Of a DNA stretch of 64,000 bases, positions 63,901 to 64,000 are shown in pieces. Origin of the DNA: Antedon mediterranea (taxonomy: Eukaryota; Animalia; Echinodermata); assembly GCF_964355755.1 (NCBI RefSeq), contig NC_092673.1:23495648-23559647 (forward strand), in the 5' to 3' direction. Within the stretch, counting starts at the first letter, position 1. Each line of letters opens with the position of its first letter. The notes below the pieces were generated by a model. It did no database searches and was not told the DNA's origin. It saw only the letters and a list, made by a program, of their open reading frames with translations. The translations under genes and the position numbers were made by a program.

Positions 63901-64000
63901 TCGCTATAATTGCGAAAAATAAACAGAAATGTAATTTATAACTTTCAACACAATGTAAGCACTAGTTATGAGTCACTAAAACATGATAAAGTTATATTTT

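Overview
AT-rich, intron-rich animal genomic DNA (invertebrate; a deuterostome such as an echinoderm is a guess from the Deu-domain SINE and repeat style, not proven). Two genes can be built by hand. (1) The 5' part of a neuropathy target esterase gene (PNPLA6/7, swiss cheese) on the minus strand: 8 phase-consistent exons from 7113 to 787, running off the left edge. (2) A divergently oriented neuropeptide precursor gene: CDS 22151-22540 in one exon, probable non-coding exon 1 at 15868-15967, predicted disulfide-bridged peptide AGLCPDPTKCVGW that I cannot assign to a family. The rest is non-coding and full of small mobile elements: Harbinger MITEs, Helentron/DINE-1-like elements, Kolobok, hAT, P-like footprints, SINEs and LINE tails. 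The most unusual feature is a 364-bp unit carrying an intact tRNA-like cloverleaf (anticodon ATC, oligo-T terminator). It forms head-to-tail arrays inside (TA)n microsatellites, the two young arrays share a fixed 3' end but differ at the 5' end, and one copy is fused to a Penelope-type minimal hammerhead ribozyme. This suggests a tRNA-carrying non-autonomous retroelement mobilised by Penelope-like elements (inference). Almost all ORFs in the supplied track are spurious.
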